Source: Alphaproteobacteria bacterium
Lineage (GTDB): Bacteria > Pseudomonadota > Alphaproteobacteria > Bin95
Direction of reading: 5' to 3'
NCBI GenBank assembly: GCA_965205265.1
Contig: CBDBGH010000003.1
Location: 3,744,001-3,808,000 of the forward strand
DNA length: 64,000 nucleotides
The notes beneath the pieces were generated by a model. That model searched no databases. It saw only the letters and a list, made by a program, of their open reading frames with translations, and was not told the DNA's origin. Shown piece after piece: positions 34,732 to 44,370 of the stretch; position 1 is the first letter of the stretch, and each line of letters starts with the position of its first letter. Position numbers and translations under genes: made by a program.

Positions 34732-35193
34732 ATGAGCTTCGGAATGAACCGCGTCGAACTGATCGGCCGCCTCGGCGCCGACGTCACCGTCAACCATCTC
34801 GCCTCCGGCGGCCGCGTGGCCAATCTCAGCATCGCCACCGACGAATCCTATCTCGACCGCCAGACCGGCGAGCGGGTCGACCGGACCGAGTGGCACCGGG
34901 TCGTGACCTTCCAGAACGGCCTCATCGACATGCTGGAGCGGCATGCGAAGAAGGGCCGGCTGGTCCACGCCGAGGGCAAGCTCCAGACCCGGCGGTGGAA
35001 GAAGGAGGGCGAGGACTCCGACCGCTTCTCCACCGAGATCCTGATCGTGCCCGGCCACAGGATCCAGTTCCTCGACAAGCCCGCCGGCGCGAACGGGAAC
35101 GGCGCCCAGGCCGGGACCGCCCAGCCGGCGGCGAACGGCGAGGCCATGCCGGCCGACGGCACCGGGGAGGCCGGGGACATCATCCCGTTCTGA
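34732..35193 (+). CDS. ssb: Single-stranded DNA-binding protein
   Basis: NRVELIGRLGAD, TEWHRV, EGKLQTRRW, C-terminal DIIPF. Confidence 0.95.
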   Translation: MSFGMNRVELIGRLGADVTVNHLASGGRVANLSIATDESYLDRQTGERVDRTEWHRVVTFQNGLIDMLERHAKKGRLVHAEGKLQTRRWKKEGEDSDRFSTEILIVPGHRIQFLDKPAGANGNGAQAGTAQPAANGEAMPADGTGEAGDIIPF

Positions 35194-35437
35194 GCCGGTC
35201 ACGCTTCCTATCTCCCAACTCGGGCGGCCGCTGCGCGGTCGCCCCTTTTTTGCTGCCGGTTTCGAGGCTTCTCCCGGTCGGACCATGCGCCCGTGCTTCG
35301 TGCGGAGCGTCCTCCCTCAGCCGGAGGAAATCCGTGAAGCGGCCCGCTCCCGGCCCCGGATCATGCCCCGGAAAGCCCTGCGGGAGCAAGAGGAAGGCAG
35401 GGGCCGGGCAAGCCGGCCCAGGGAGAGGAGGGAGCCG

Positions 35438-35794
35438 ATGGACGCCGTCATCAATCTCAGACACGAGCCGAAGCTGCGCGAGAAGTTCGACCATGCGCAG
35501 GTCGTGAACGGCACCGTGCTGATCGACCGCCGCACGAAGTGGGGCAACCCGTTCAGGATCTCTCCGGCCTGTTCGAGAGAGCAGGCGGTCGCCCGCTACC
35601 GCGCCGACCTCTGGCGGCGCATCCGCGCCGGCGAGATCGAGCTGGAGGCGCTGGCCGCGCTGCATGGCCGCCGCCTCGCATGCTGGTGCGCGCCGCTGCC
35701 CTGTCACGGCCACGGGCTGGCCCGCGCGGCGGCCTGGGCGGCGCAGGTGCTGGCGGAACGCAGCGCCCGCCAGGCGGAGGGGGGCGCATCATGA
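35438..35794 (+). CDS. DUF4326-like protein
   Basis: IDRRTKWGNPF and LACWCAPLPCHG. Confidence 0.85.
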   Translation: MDAVINLRHEPKLREKFDHAQVVNGTVLIDRRTKWGNPFRISPACSREQAVARYRADLWRRIRAGEIELEALAALHGRRLACWCAPLPCHGHGLARAAAWAAQVLAERSARQAEGGAS

Positions 35795-36018
35795 GCAACA
35801 TCGCCTTCCGCCGTATCGCCCCGGACGAATCCCGCATCTACTGCGACGGCGACCATGTCGGCGACATCTACGCGCTCGACGATCCGCTGCGCGAGGGCGC
35901 GCGGTATTTCGTGATCCATCTCGACGAGGATCCGCGCGGCCCCCACCGCGTCCATGACCGCAACCGCATCCGCGAGGCAACCGAGCAGCGGATCCTCTCG
36001 CATCCGTTCCGGAGATGA
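35791..36018 (+). CDS. Hypothetical 75-aa protein
   Basis: ATGA overlap with upstream gene. Confidence 0.6.
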   Translation: MSNIAFRRIAPDESRIYCDGDHVGDIYALDDPLREGARYFVIHLDEDPRGPHRVHDRNRIREATEQRILSHPFRR

Positions 36019-36455
36019 CCGGCCATGGCTGTCAAATTGCGCGCTCCGCTTGCAAGGCAGGCCGACAGGCCCGGGGATGCTCCCGCAGGCCGTGCCGGGC
36101 AGCAGCGCCCATCGGGTCCGTGCAAGGGGAGAGAATTTGCCTGTCTGCGTGCTGTCCCATTGTGCCACACGGGCTCACTGCACCAACCCCGCCTGCGGCG
36201 GGGTCCTCCACTCCGCTCACGCTCCGTTCCGGCCGGGACTCGGAATGAAACGGCGCTGAAGCGCCTAGGCCCGGCGGAATGCGCGACCGTGGCTCCGCGC
36301 TCGCTTCGCTCGCTTGTGCGCCCGCACCACCCGCGCATCCCGCCGGGCCATTCATTCCGGACCCGGTGCTTCCGCTGCGCGCGCGTGACCCAACAGGACA
36401 TCACTTCGGGGCACACCGCCCCGAGCGCTGCAACCCGATCGTCAAGGAGATCGTC

Positions 36456-37388
36456 ATGACCCTCATCGAAAACATCGACACCGTCGAGAGCGACGGACAG
36501 TCCGTCACCGCGACCGTCTGCGACAACGCCGCCCTCTACAGCGCAACACCCGAGCGCGACGAGTTCGACCCCCGCGTCATCTGGGACAAGGACGATGCGC
36601 TGACCGCCGTCGAGGAAGCCTTCCGCATCCTCGGCGAAGGCGTCTGCCCCGACGGCACACAGCTCGCCGACGAGCGCGAACACCTGCTCTGGGGCTTCGT
36701 CAACATGCTTCACGCCCAGACGCAGCGCATCGACCGCAGCGTCGATCGGCTCACCCCCGAACTCCGCGACCTCCAGCGCGACCAGGACGGAACCGAGATC
36801 AGGTCCCGCGAACTCGAACTCGTCACCCACCGCGCGCAGAACCTCGGAGACCGACGCGACGCCTTCGAGACCCTGCGCGATGCGGTGGCCGAACAGTACC
36901 GCGCCGAGACCGGCGACACCTGGCGGCCCCGGCGCGGCAGCCACGTCAGCCAGACCGGCAGGCTGACCAGCGCCGCCATCGACGCCCGCGACTTCATCCG
37001 CGCCCGCAAGGAGGCTGAGACCACGGCGCACCTGCCGCAAGGCACCCTCGTCGCCATCGCAGGCGGCAAGGACATCGCCAACCCCGACGCGGTGATCCGC
37101 ATGCTCGACAGGACCCGCGCTAAGCATGCGGATATGGTGCTCGTCCACGGCGGCGGACCCGGCGTCGAGAGGATCGCCGCGCGCTGGGCCGAACGCAACG
37201 GCGTCCACCAGATCGTCTGCAAGCCCGACTGGGACCGCCACGGACGCGCCGCGCCCTTCCGCCGCAACGACGAATTGCTCAACCTCCTGCCCAGGGGCGT
37301 CATCGCCTTCCCCGGCTCCGGCATCACAGAGAACCTCGTGGACAAGGCAAGGCAGCTCGGTATCCCCGTGATGACGGCCAGTGCATAG
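36456..37388 (+). CDS. DUF2493/YspA SLOG-family protein
   Basis: LVHGGGPG, PDWDRHGRAAPFRRND, AFPGSGIT. Confidence 0.85.
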   Translation: MTLIENIDTVESDGQSVTATVCDNAALYSATPERDEFDPRVIWDKDDALTAVEEAFRILGEGVCPDGTQLADEREHLLWGFVNMLHAQTQRIDRSVDRLTPELRDLQRDQDGTEIRSRELELVTHRAQNLGDRRDAFETLRDAVAEQYRAETGDTWRPRRGSHVSQTGRLTSAAIDARDFIRARKEAETTAHLPQGTLVAIAGGKDIANPDAVIRMLDRTRAKHADMVLVHGGGPGVERIAARWAERNGVHQIVCKPDWDRHGRAAPFRRNDELLNLLPRGVIAFPGSGITENLVDKARQLGIPVMTASA

Positions 37389-38329
37389 GCCGCACCGCAG
37401 CGCGGGCCGCACCGTCGCTCCGGCGGCGGCGCGGTCCGCTTCTTCTTGCGCACACACTTCGCGCGGCAACGCCATCCGCACGGGCGCTTCGCCCTGCCCC
37501 GGACCACGATCGGGGGCCCCGCTCGCGATCGACACCGTGATCGGCATCTCCGGCAGCGCCGTCGGTGCTGGCGACCGCCAGCCCGATCGCCGGCCAAGGC
37601 AGCAGCGCCTTGCGGCTGTCGCCGCCATCGCGCGCTGTCGCCTGCATCGCTCCCCGCACTCCCGCCGATCCTCGTGACGGCGCTCCCGTCGGAACCGCCG
37701 GCACCGCCCCCGGCGCCGCGCTCGACACTTCGTCCCTCCGTGGTGTCGCCACCGCCGCCCGCATCAGGCGCCGCGGAGGCTCCGAGCCGCCGTATTCGCC
37801 GGCGCCGATTCCCCCATCGCTCATACATCGCAAATCGTGCTCAGACGGGCCCGCGCCCGTCTCGGTCCACACACCGGAACGCAGGTCCCCTGCGGGTTGC
37901 GGCATGGGATGACAGGCGCTGCCTGGCACCGCCAGGAGTGGACAGGCGCCGCCAGAATCCTGCCGGCGCAACGCGGATCGAGCGCCACCGATTTGTGTTC
38001 GCCGGATCGTCGTACCGGGGCGCAGTCCAGCGCGCACCTGCCGCCAAAAGCAGTCAGGGTGGTTGCGATTTGCGCCAGGGCGCGTGACCGTGTGTTCGCC
38101 GTGCAGGCTCTCGAAACACGGAAACAACACGCCCCCGGGACCGGCATCCGGGTCGCGGCGGCGCCCTTCAGGGCGTTCGGCAGCGGTGGCCGGCGGGGCG
38201 GATGAAGAAGGGTACGGCGGCCCTGTGGGGCGGACCGGGCCCGGCCGCAAACGGGCCGCCGGCGTGCTGTTTCAGGGCCGGAATTTCATTGCGGCCGGCG
38301 GACAGTTCGATCTGGAAAGGGCAGAAGGG

Positions 38330-38716
38330 ATGGCGGGAAAGGAACGGAAAAATCCCGAGACCGGGAAGAAACCTGCGGAGAACCGGAGCAATGCGCGCCG
38401 GCAGCGCTCGACCCGCTTCTCCGATTCCGAGTGGGACCTGATCCGGCGGGCCGCCGCGCGGCACGGCATGTCCCCCGGCGAACTCGTGCGGTCGAGCGCG
38501 GTCGCCGCTGCCGAAGACCGCCTGGGTGAGCTTCCCCCGGCCACCTTGTCGAAGGGCCACGCCGCGCTCATCGAGGAGATCTACCGCCTCGTCTACGTGA
38601 TGGCGACGCTCGACCGGGAGGAGATGCTCGACGTCGAACGCGAGAAAGAGCTCGACGACCTCGTCGCCGCCGCCCGCAGGAGCATGACGGAGACGATGGG
38701 CGAGGGCCCGGCGTGA
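38330..38716 (+). CDS. RHH relaxosome accessory protein (MobC/MobA-like)
   Basis: RSTRFSDSEWDLIRRAAARHGMSPGELVR. Confidence 0.7.
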   Translation: MAGKERKNPETGKKPAENRSNARRQRSTRFSDSEWDLIRRAAARHGMSPGELVRSSAVAAAEDRLGELPPATLSKGHAALIEEIYRLVYVMATLDREEMLDVEREKELDDLVAAARRSMTETMGEGPA

Positions 38717-38851
38717 AGATCCGGGCGATGGATGTGCGCATTCGATCTGCCGCCCGAGACAAGGACATTGCGAGTCCGCCACGAGATTCCATCGATGTTC
38801 GGGAGCGGACCGCGTCCGGGGAAGTCCGAAAGGAGGTCCCGAAGGCTGCAA

Positions 38852-39332
38852 TCAGAGGCCGAGGTTCATGTCGATGCGTTTCTCTTGGACCGGCGTCTCG
38901 GGCTCCGGCGCCTTGTGCCTTGCCGGAACCGGCTCGATTTCCCGCGCCGGCTGGTGCGGCGCGGACGCCTCCGGGCTCGTCCGTTCCCTGTCGAGCGACG
39001 CCTTCCCGTCCTTTTGCTGCCCGCGTTCGCGCTCCGGGCGGAGGCTCTCGCCGATGCCTTCGAGGGCCGAGATGCGCTCGCCTGTGACCGCTTCCAGCCG
39101 CTCCTTCAGCGCCTGCACGTCGTCCGTGACCAGCTCCGCCCGGGCGCGCGCGGGATATCTCGACATAGAACGCCTTGGCCGTGGTCAGGTTGGGGTGGTT
39201 CGCTTCCATCGCCGCGATCACGTTGTCGACCGTACGGCCCTGAAAGGCATGCACGGTTGCGGCCCGTGCGTGATCCAGATGGCACAACTGCGGATCGCCC
39301 GGCGTCAGGGTGAGCCTGCGCCCCTCCTCCAG
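38852..39332 (-). pseudogene. Duplicated, frameshifted 3' end of the MobF relaxase gene
   Basis: Highly similar to 46416-46898; frameshift near 39150. Confidence 0.88.
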
Positions 39333-39342
39333 TAACGGGCGA

Positions 39343-39475
39343 TAAAACGAGAGGGGAGAGACAACGTCTCTCCCCATATTCGTCTGGCAGCCCTCCATGG
39401 AAAGCTGCCTTACTGTAGTTGCTACTGCAAGCAGTTGCACAGCTTTACGCCGCTGCTCTCCAAAACAGCAGCCAA
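39343..39475 (-). ncRNA. tracrRNA (type II-C)
   Basis: Anti-repeat AGCAACTACAG then TAAGGCAGC..GCTGCC hairpin, 10-bp terminator stem at 39353-39375 and T tract; layout as in Neisseria tracrRNA; 5' end uncertain. Confidence 0.85.
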
Positions 39476-39538
39476 TGCTTGCACCAGTCCCGCGCGCAAG
39501 TCAACATATTCTCGGAATCTTGCTGTCGGGGACTTTTC

Positions 39539-42500
39539 ATGAAGGTCGGATGGGGCATCGATGTCGGCGTCGGCAGTCTCGGCTTCGCAGTCATCGAACT
39601 GGATACGGCGAACCGCCCGGCACGGCTGATCGACGGCGTTGCGCTCTTTTATCCCGCGCCCACAGGCGGGGCGGGGCGGACCCGCCACAAATCCATGCGG
39701 ACGCAATACGGCCGCCGCGCCGACCGGGTAAAGGCGTTGCGCGCGTATCTCGTTCGCCTGCTCAACCTCGGTCCCGGCTTCTCCGACACCCCTGCGGGAC
39801 GCAGTACCGAGCGTGTCCCGCTGCGGGCGAAGGGCCTTGAGAGCCGCTTGAAAGCCGGCGATCTGGCCCGCGCCATCCTGCATATCGCGAAGAACCGGGG
39901 CCAGCGCCTGACACGGGGGCTCAGGGACGACTCCAAGGCCGACGCCAAGCAACAGGAAAAGAGCGCCAGGGAACGCCAGTCCATGGCGCACACGGCCAAC
40001 ACGACAAAAAACGAACTCGCGGCGCTCGGCGAAAGGCTGGGACTCGACGGCCCCGCCCACCCCTCGCAATTGCTAATGCGCAAGGCCGGCAAGAGGAGAA
40101 CGACCCGGCTGAAGAAAGACCGGGAAGGGATGCCGGTCTTCACTCGCCCCATGATGCAGGCGGAACTGGACGCGCTGCTGGAGACTCAACAGCCTTACCA
40201 CGAAGCGCTAACGGACATGGCTTGCGAGCAACTCAGGGAGATGGTGTTCGAGGAAGCGGAGCCGAAAGCGCCGTCCATCGGCAAATGCCGCTACGGCGTC
40301 CGCGGCGCCGATGGTGAAATCGAAACGCGGCTGTCGCGCGGCAGCGACTTGTTTCAACGCAAGCGCATCTACGAGGAAGTGAACAATCTGCGTCTGATAT
40401 CGTCGCGAACGGCGGCGGAACGGCCCTTGGATATGGCGCAGCGCGACCGTCTTGCCTTCCTGTTGCTCGATGGGCAGGACCTGACTGCGGCGGGAGTGCG
40501 CACAGCGCTGGGTTTGAGGCGCGGCGCGCTGGCCGACATGACCAGTCTGGATATCCGGCGCAAAGGCAGGAAAACGGCCGGCGAACTCAAGGGCCATCCG
40601 CTTGCCGCCGCCATGAGCAAGGCGGATGCGCTCGAACAGTGGCGGGGTTTCGATGAGGAGCGGCGTGAAAAGATCGCAAGTCTTGTACGCACGGAAGACG
40701 ACCGGGACATCTTGAACACCAAATTGAAAGAGCTCGACCTGCCGCCGGACGCCATTCAGGTGCTTTCGGATGCACGCCTGCCCGCCGCCCATTCCGCCGC
40801 CGGTGCGACGGCGACCCGGAAGCTGCTGGCTGAACTGGAAGCAGAGGTCATCCCGCACGACAAAGCAGAACAGCGGGCCGGACTCGAATCTCTCGATCAG
40901 GAACCGCCAAGTCTCGATCGGTTGCCCTACTACGGGGAAGTCCTGCAAGGATGGTGCATCGGGGGAAGCGGTGCGCCCGGAGACGCCGACGAAGCCCGTC
41001 TAGGCCGCATTTCGAATCCGGTCGTCCATGTGGCACTCAACCAGCTACGCAAGACCGCCAACGATTATCTGAAGCTCTACGGCAAGCCTGCGCAAATCTG
41101 CATCGAACTGGCCCGCGACCTGAACAGGAGCGCCGAGGAGCGTGACAACGCCGAAAAGGAGAATCTCAAAAACCGTAAGGAGAACGAAGCGCATATCGAG
41201 TCTCTGGGCGCCCATAAGCGCAAGCTCAAACCCGAAGACCTGAAACGAATGAGACTCCATAGAATGCAGGGCGGGGAATGCCTGTACACGGGAGAACCGA
41301 TCTGCATGGAGCACCTTTTCGACGGGTCGGTTGAGATCGACCATATACTGCCTTACGCCACGACCGGAGACGACGGCATCCCCAATCTGGCTTTAGTGTT
41401 CAAGGAAGCCAATCAATTCAAACGCAAGAGGCCTCCTTTCGAGGCATTCAGCGGTGGATACAAGGGCAAGGACTATGAGCATATCCTCAAGCGCGCGAAG
41501 CTCCGCGGCGGGAGCGTGTATTGGCGTTTCAAAGAGGATGCCATGAAGCGTTACGAGGACCGGGAAGAATTCCAACGCAGGTTCCTCAACGATACGCGCT
41601 ACATTGCAAGAATGGCGGCGCGTTATCTGTCTTGCGTATGCAAAGACCCGGATAACGGCGTCGTCAGCCTGAATGGTCGAATCACGTCGGACCTCCGCTA
41701 CTTGTGGGGCCTCCATACCGTAATCCGAGACATAATGGTGGAGGAAGGACGGCTTGATATCGGCGATATTCTGTCCCCCAGAGACGGTGAAACTCTCGAG
41801 GAAAGGCAAGCGCGCCTCAAACGCGCCGACAAGGTACGCTGGGACCATCGGCACCACTTGCTGGACGCGGTCGTTGCCGCCTGCACAACCCGAAGCGATG
41901 TGCAGCGCCTCCAGACGCTGGCGGCGCGTGATACAGGCAACGAGAGCGCCAGAGAAATTCTGGCCCAAATTCGTTACACCGAACCGAACTTTGAGAATAT
42001 TGGCATATGTTGGCAGGATGGGTTTCGGAGGACAGTAAAGGCTTTTCTGGAAGGCTGGAGACCCGCCGAAGCGACGGACAAACCGCCCGCCACCGCCGTG
42101 GTCGTGAAGGCCGATCACGATCCGCGAGGCCAACTGCACGAAGCGACGAACTACGGCCTTATATGCGAAGTCCCGGGCGAGCGGGACAAATATGTCGCCC
42201 GGGACCATGTCTCGATTTCGGAATTGGAGGTGAAACAAATCGAGAAGCTCGGTGTGCCCGAAACCGCAATCCGGGCTGTCGAGCGAGCGAAGGAGCAGGG
42301 CGCGCGCTTCTGGTGGGGCGGACACGACCCCGTGTCTTCCCTGCGCAATAATCTGGCCCCTGATTTGGAGAAGATGCGTGCCAGGCTTCTCGAATTGATG
42401 CAGGAAGCGCCACCCGAGGCTCTGGAAAACGCGCGCACGGCCAGAGGCCAGCAAAAGGCGCGGGCGGAGTGGGCGAAAAAGCGGTACATCGTGGAAACAA

Positions 42501-42991
42501 CCGGACGCCGCCGTTTTACGCGGGTCCAGATTGTCTCCCTGCGCGTTCTCAAAGGCCCGTTGGACCCCGGCAAAAGGCCCAGACAGGCCAACCGAACGAG
42601 AGGGAACGACCGTCTGGTCTATTTCGTGAATGGCGAAGGGGACCGGGATATCGAAGTTGTTTCGACCCTGGACGCCAATACGCCGGGGTTCCAGGAACGA
42701 TGGCGCCGCGAGGGCGGGCGGCGGCTGTTCGTTCTGCGGAGGAACGATCTCGTGGAAATGGCGGTCGACCCGAAGGACCTAGCCTCGCCGCGCCGCCTCT
42801 ACCGCACGGTCTCGTTCTCCGGCTTGGATAATCCCGATCTCGAATTTGTGCCCGTCGAGGAGGCGCGCTCCGGCAGACCGCCGAAGCATGTAAGGATCAG
42901 CAACAAGAAGGGGTTCTCGGAACGCGCGCCGGCAATGGTGCTGTGCGACCCTACGGGCCGCGTGCGCTGGCGAGGCCCCCGCCTCAACTGA
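39539..42991 (+). CDS. cas9: Type II-C Cas9 (1150 aa)
   Basis: RuvC-I GIDVG, Arg-rich bridge helix, NPVV, IELARD, HNH EIDHILP..N, LNDTRY, HRHHLLDA. Confidence 0.96.
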   Translation: MKVGWGIDVGVGSLGFAVIELDTANRPARLIDGVALFYPAPTGGAGRTRHKSMRTQYGRRADRVKALRAYLVRLLNLGPGFSDTPAGRSTERVPLRAKGLESRLKAGDLARAILHIAKNRGQRLTRGLRDDSKADAKQQEKSARERQSMAHTANTTKNELAALGERLGLDGPAHPSQLLMRKAGKRRTTRLKKDREGMPVFTRPMMQAELDALLETQQPYHEALTDMACEQLREMVFEEAEPKAPSIGKCRYGVRGADGEIETRLSRGSDLFQRKRIYEEVNNLRLISSRTAAERPLDMAQRDRLAFLLLDGQDLTAAGVRTALGLRRGALADMTSLDIRRKGRKTAGELKGHPLAAAMSKADALEQWRGFDEERREKIASLVRTEDDRDILNTKLKELDLPPDAIQVLSDARLPAAHSAAGATATRKLLAELEAEVIPHDKAEQRAGLESLDQEPPSLDRLPYYGEVLQGWCIGGSGAPGDADEARLGRISNPVVHVALNQLRKTANDYLKLYGKPAQICIELARDLNRSAEERDNAEKENLKNRKENEAHIESLGAHKRKLKPEDLKRMRLHRMQGGECLYTGEPICMEHLFDGSVEIDHILPYATTGDDGIPNLALVFKEANQFKRKRPPFEAFSGGYKGKDYEHILKRAKLRGGSVYWRFKEDAMKRYEDREEFQRRFLNDTRYIARMAARYLSCVCKDPDNGVVSLNGRITSDLRYLWGLHTVIRDIMVEEGRLDIGDILSPRDGETLEERQARLKRADKVRWDHRHHLLDAVVAACTTRSDVQRLQTLAARDTGNESAREILAQIRYTEPNFENIGICWQDGFRRTVKAFLEGWRPAEATDKPPATAVVVKADHDPRGQLHEATNYGLICEVPGERDKYVARDHVSISELEVKQIEKLGVPETAIRAVERAKEQGARFWWGGHDPVSSLRNNLAPDLEKMRARLLELMQEAPPEALENARTARGQQKARAEWAKKRYIVETTGRRRFTRVQIVSLRVLKGPLDPGKRPRQANRTRGNDRLVYFVNGEGDRDIEVVSTLDANTPGFQERWRREGGRRLFVLRRNDLVEMAVDPKDLASPRRLYRTVSFSGLDNPDLEFVPVEEARSGRPPKHVRISNKKGFSERAPAMVLCDPTGRVRWRGPRLN

Positions 42992-42993
42992 CG

Positions 42994-43920
42994 ATGTGGC
43001 GCGTCGTCGATATCGCCGACGAAAACCGCGTTCTCTCGCTGTCGAGGGGTAGCCTGAAGGTTTCCGGCGACGGCGGCGAATTGGGCCGGGTGCCGCTTTC
43101 GGACATCCAGTGCGTTCTCGTGCACGGCCATAGCGCGATGCTGTCCCTGTCGTTGGGCGCGGCGTTGGCCGAAGCGGGGATTCCCCTTGTACTGTGCGGC
43201 CGCAACCATGCGCCTGTGGCCTTGTCTTTGCCTGTGTCTGGCAATTTCGAGCAGGCAGCGCGGCTGACCGCTCAGGCATCCCTGTCCCTGCCCAGGCGCA
43301 AGCAGCTTTGGCGGCGGCTGGTCATGGCGAAAATCGCCTCGCAGGCGCGGGCGCTGGAGATTGTGGGACAGCCCGACCACATGCGCCTTGCAAGGCTTGC
43401 GAGGTCGGTGCGATCCGGCGACCCGGACAATGTGGAAGCCCGCGCCGCGCGTTTCTACTGGCGGCGGTTGATGGGTAGCGATTTCCGGCGCGACCCCAAT
43501 GGCAACGGTCTCAACGCCCATTTGAACTACGGCTATGCGGTCGTTCGCTCCGCCATGGCCCGCGCCGTGGTCGGAGCGGGCCTGGCGCCCGGGCTGGGTT
43601 TGCATCACCGCAGCCGCCTGAACGCCTTCCAACTGGTGGACGACCTGATGGAGCCGTTCCGACCTCTCGTGGACCACGTAGTCTGGCGCAACCGGGAACA
43701 CTGGACCGGGGAAGTGGACACGGCGGCCAAACGGGAATTGGCGCTGGTCGTCAACGGCGCAATGGCGACGTCGGCGGGAGCGCACACCGTCTCGCGCGTC
43801 ATGTCGATGCTGGCCCACTCCCTGGCGGAGCTTTGCACGGGAGAGGCGGCGGATTTGTCATGGCCGCTCGACTGGGGTCTTGTGGCGCAAACCGAACTCG
43901 ACTTTGCCGACCGCCCGTGA
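42994..43920 (+). CDS. cas1: Type II Cas1
   Basis: MWRVVDI, NVEARAARFYW, LNYGYAVVR, DDLMEPFRP. Confidence 0.95.
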   Translation: MWRVVDIADENRVLSLSRGSLKVSGDGGELGRVPLSDIQCVLVHGHSAMLSLSLGAALAEAGIPLVLCGRNHAPVALSLPVSGNFEQAARLTAQASLSLPRRKQLWRRLVMAKIASQARALEIVGQPDHMRLARLARSVRSGDPDNVEARAARFYWRRLMGSDFRRDPNGNGLNAHLNYGYAVVRSAMARAVVGAGLAPGLGLHHRSRLNAFQLVDDLMEPFRPLVDHVVWRNREHWTGEVDTAAKRELALVVNGAMATSAGAHTVSRVMSMLAHSLAELCTGEAADLSWPLDWGLVAQTELDFADRP

Positions 43921-43966
43921 GCGCAGGCTGGTCCGACAGCGCTTTCGCGGCCGGGCCGGCCTTTGG

Positions 43967-44299
43967 ATGGAGGCCGTTTCCGGTTACAGGGCGATGTGGC
44001 TTGTGGTGTGTTTCGACCTGCCCGTAGGAACGTCGAAAGAGCGGCGCGACGCGACCCGCTTTCGTCACCGCCTGCTGAACGAAGGATTCGCGATGAAGCA
44101 ATGGTCGGTCTATACTCGCTACTTCCTCACACGGGCCCAAGCGGACGCCGCCGCCGTCCGGGTCGGCGGCTTCGTGCCGCCCATGGGGAAGGTCTCGATC
44201 ATTTTCATCACCGACAAGCAATTCGGCATGGTGCGCAATTTCGAGGGCCGGGCTCCCGCCGAAACGGAGAAAAAGCCCGACCAATTGGCCCTGTTCTGA
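43967..44299 (+). CDS. cas2: Cas2
   Basis: SGYRAMWLVVCFDLPV, FRHRLL.EGF..QWSVY, ITDKQF, QLALF. Confidence 0.95.
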   Translation: MEAVSGYRAMWLVVCFDLPVGTSKERRDATRFRHRLLNEGFAMKQWSVYTRYFLTRAQADAAAVRVGGFVPPMGKVSIIFITDKQFGMVRNFEGRAPAETEKKPDQLALF

Positions 44300-44332
44300 T
44301 AGCCCCGGCTGCGAATCCTGTGCCAAGAATCG

Positions 44333-44363
44333 GCCCAACCCGTTGATTTTCAACGGGTTGGGC
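44333..44363. terminator. 13-bp hairpin between cas2 and the array
   Basis: gcccaacccgttg-atttt-caacgggttgggc. Confidence 0.6.
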
Positions 44364-44370
44364 ACGGAGT

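Noticed and set aside
32122-35507. 1054-aa and 791-aa ORFs
   Set aside because: Shadow frames of GC-rich real genes
39419-39538. 40-aa N-terminal extension of Cas9
   Set aside because: Overlaps tracrRNA/promoter; RuvC-I motif begins right after ATG 39539
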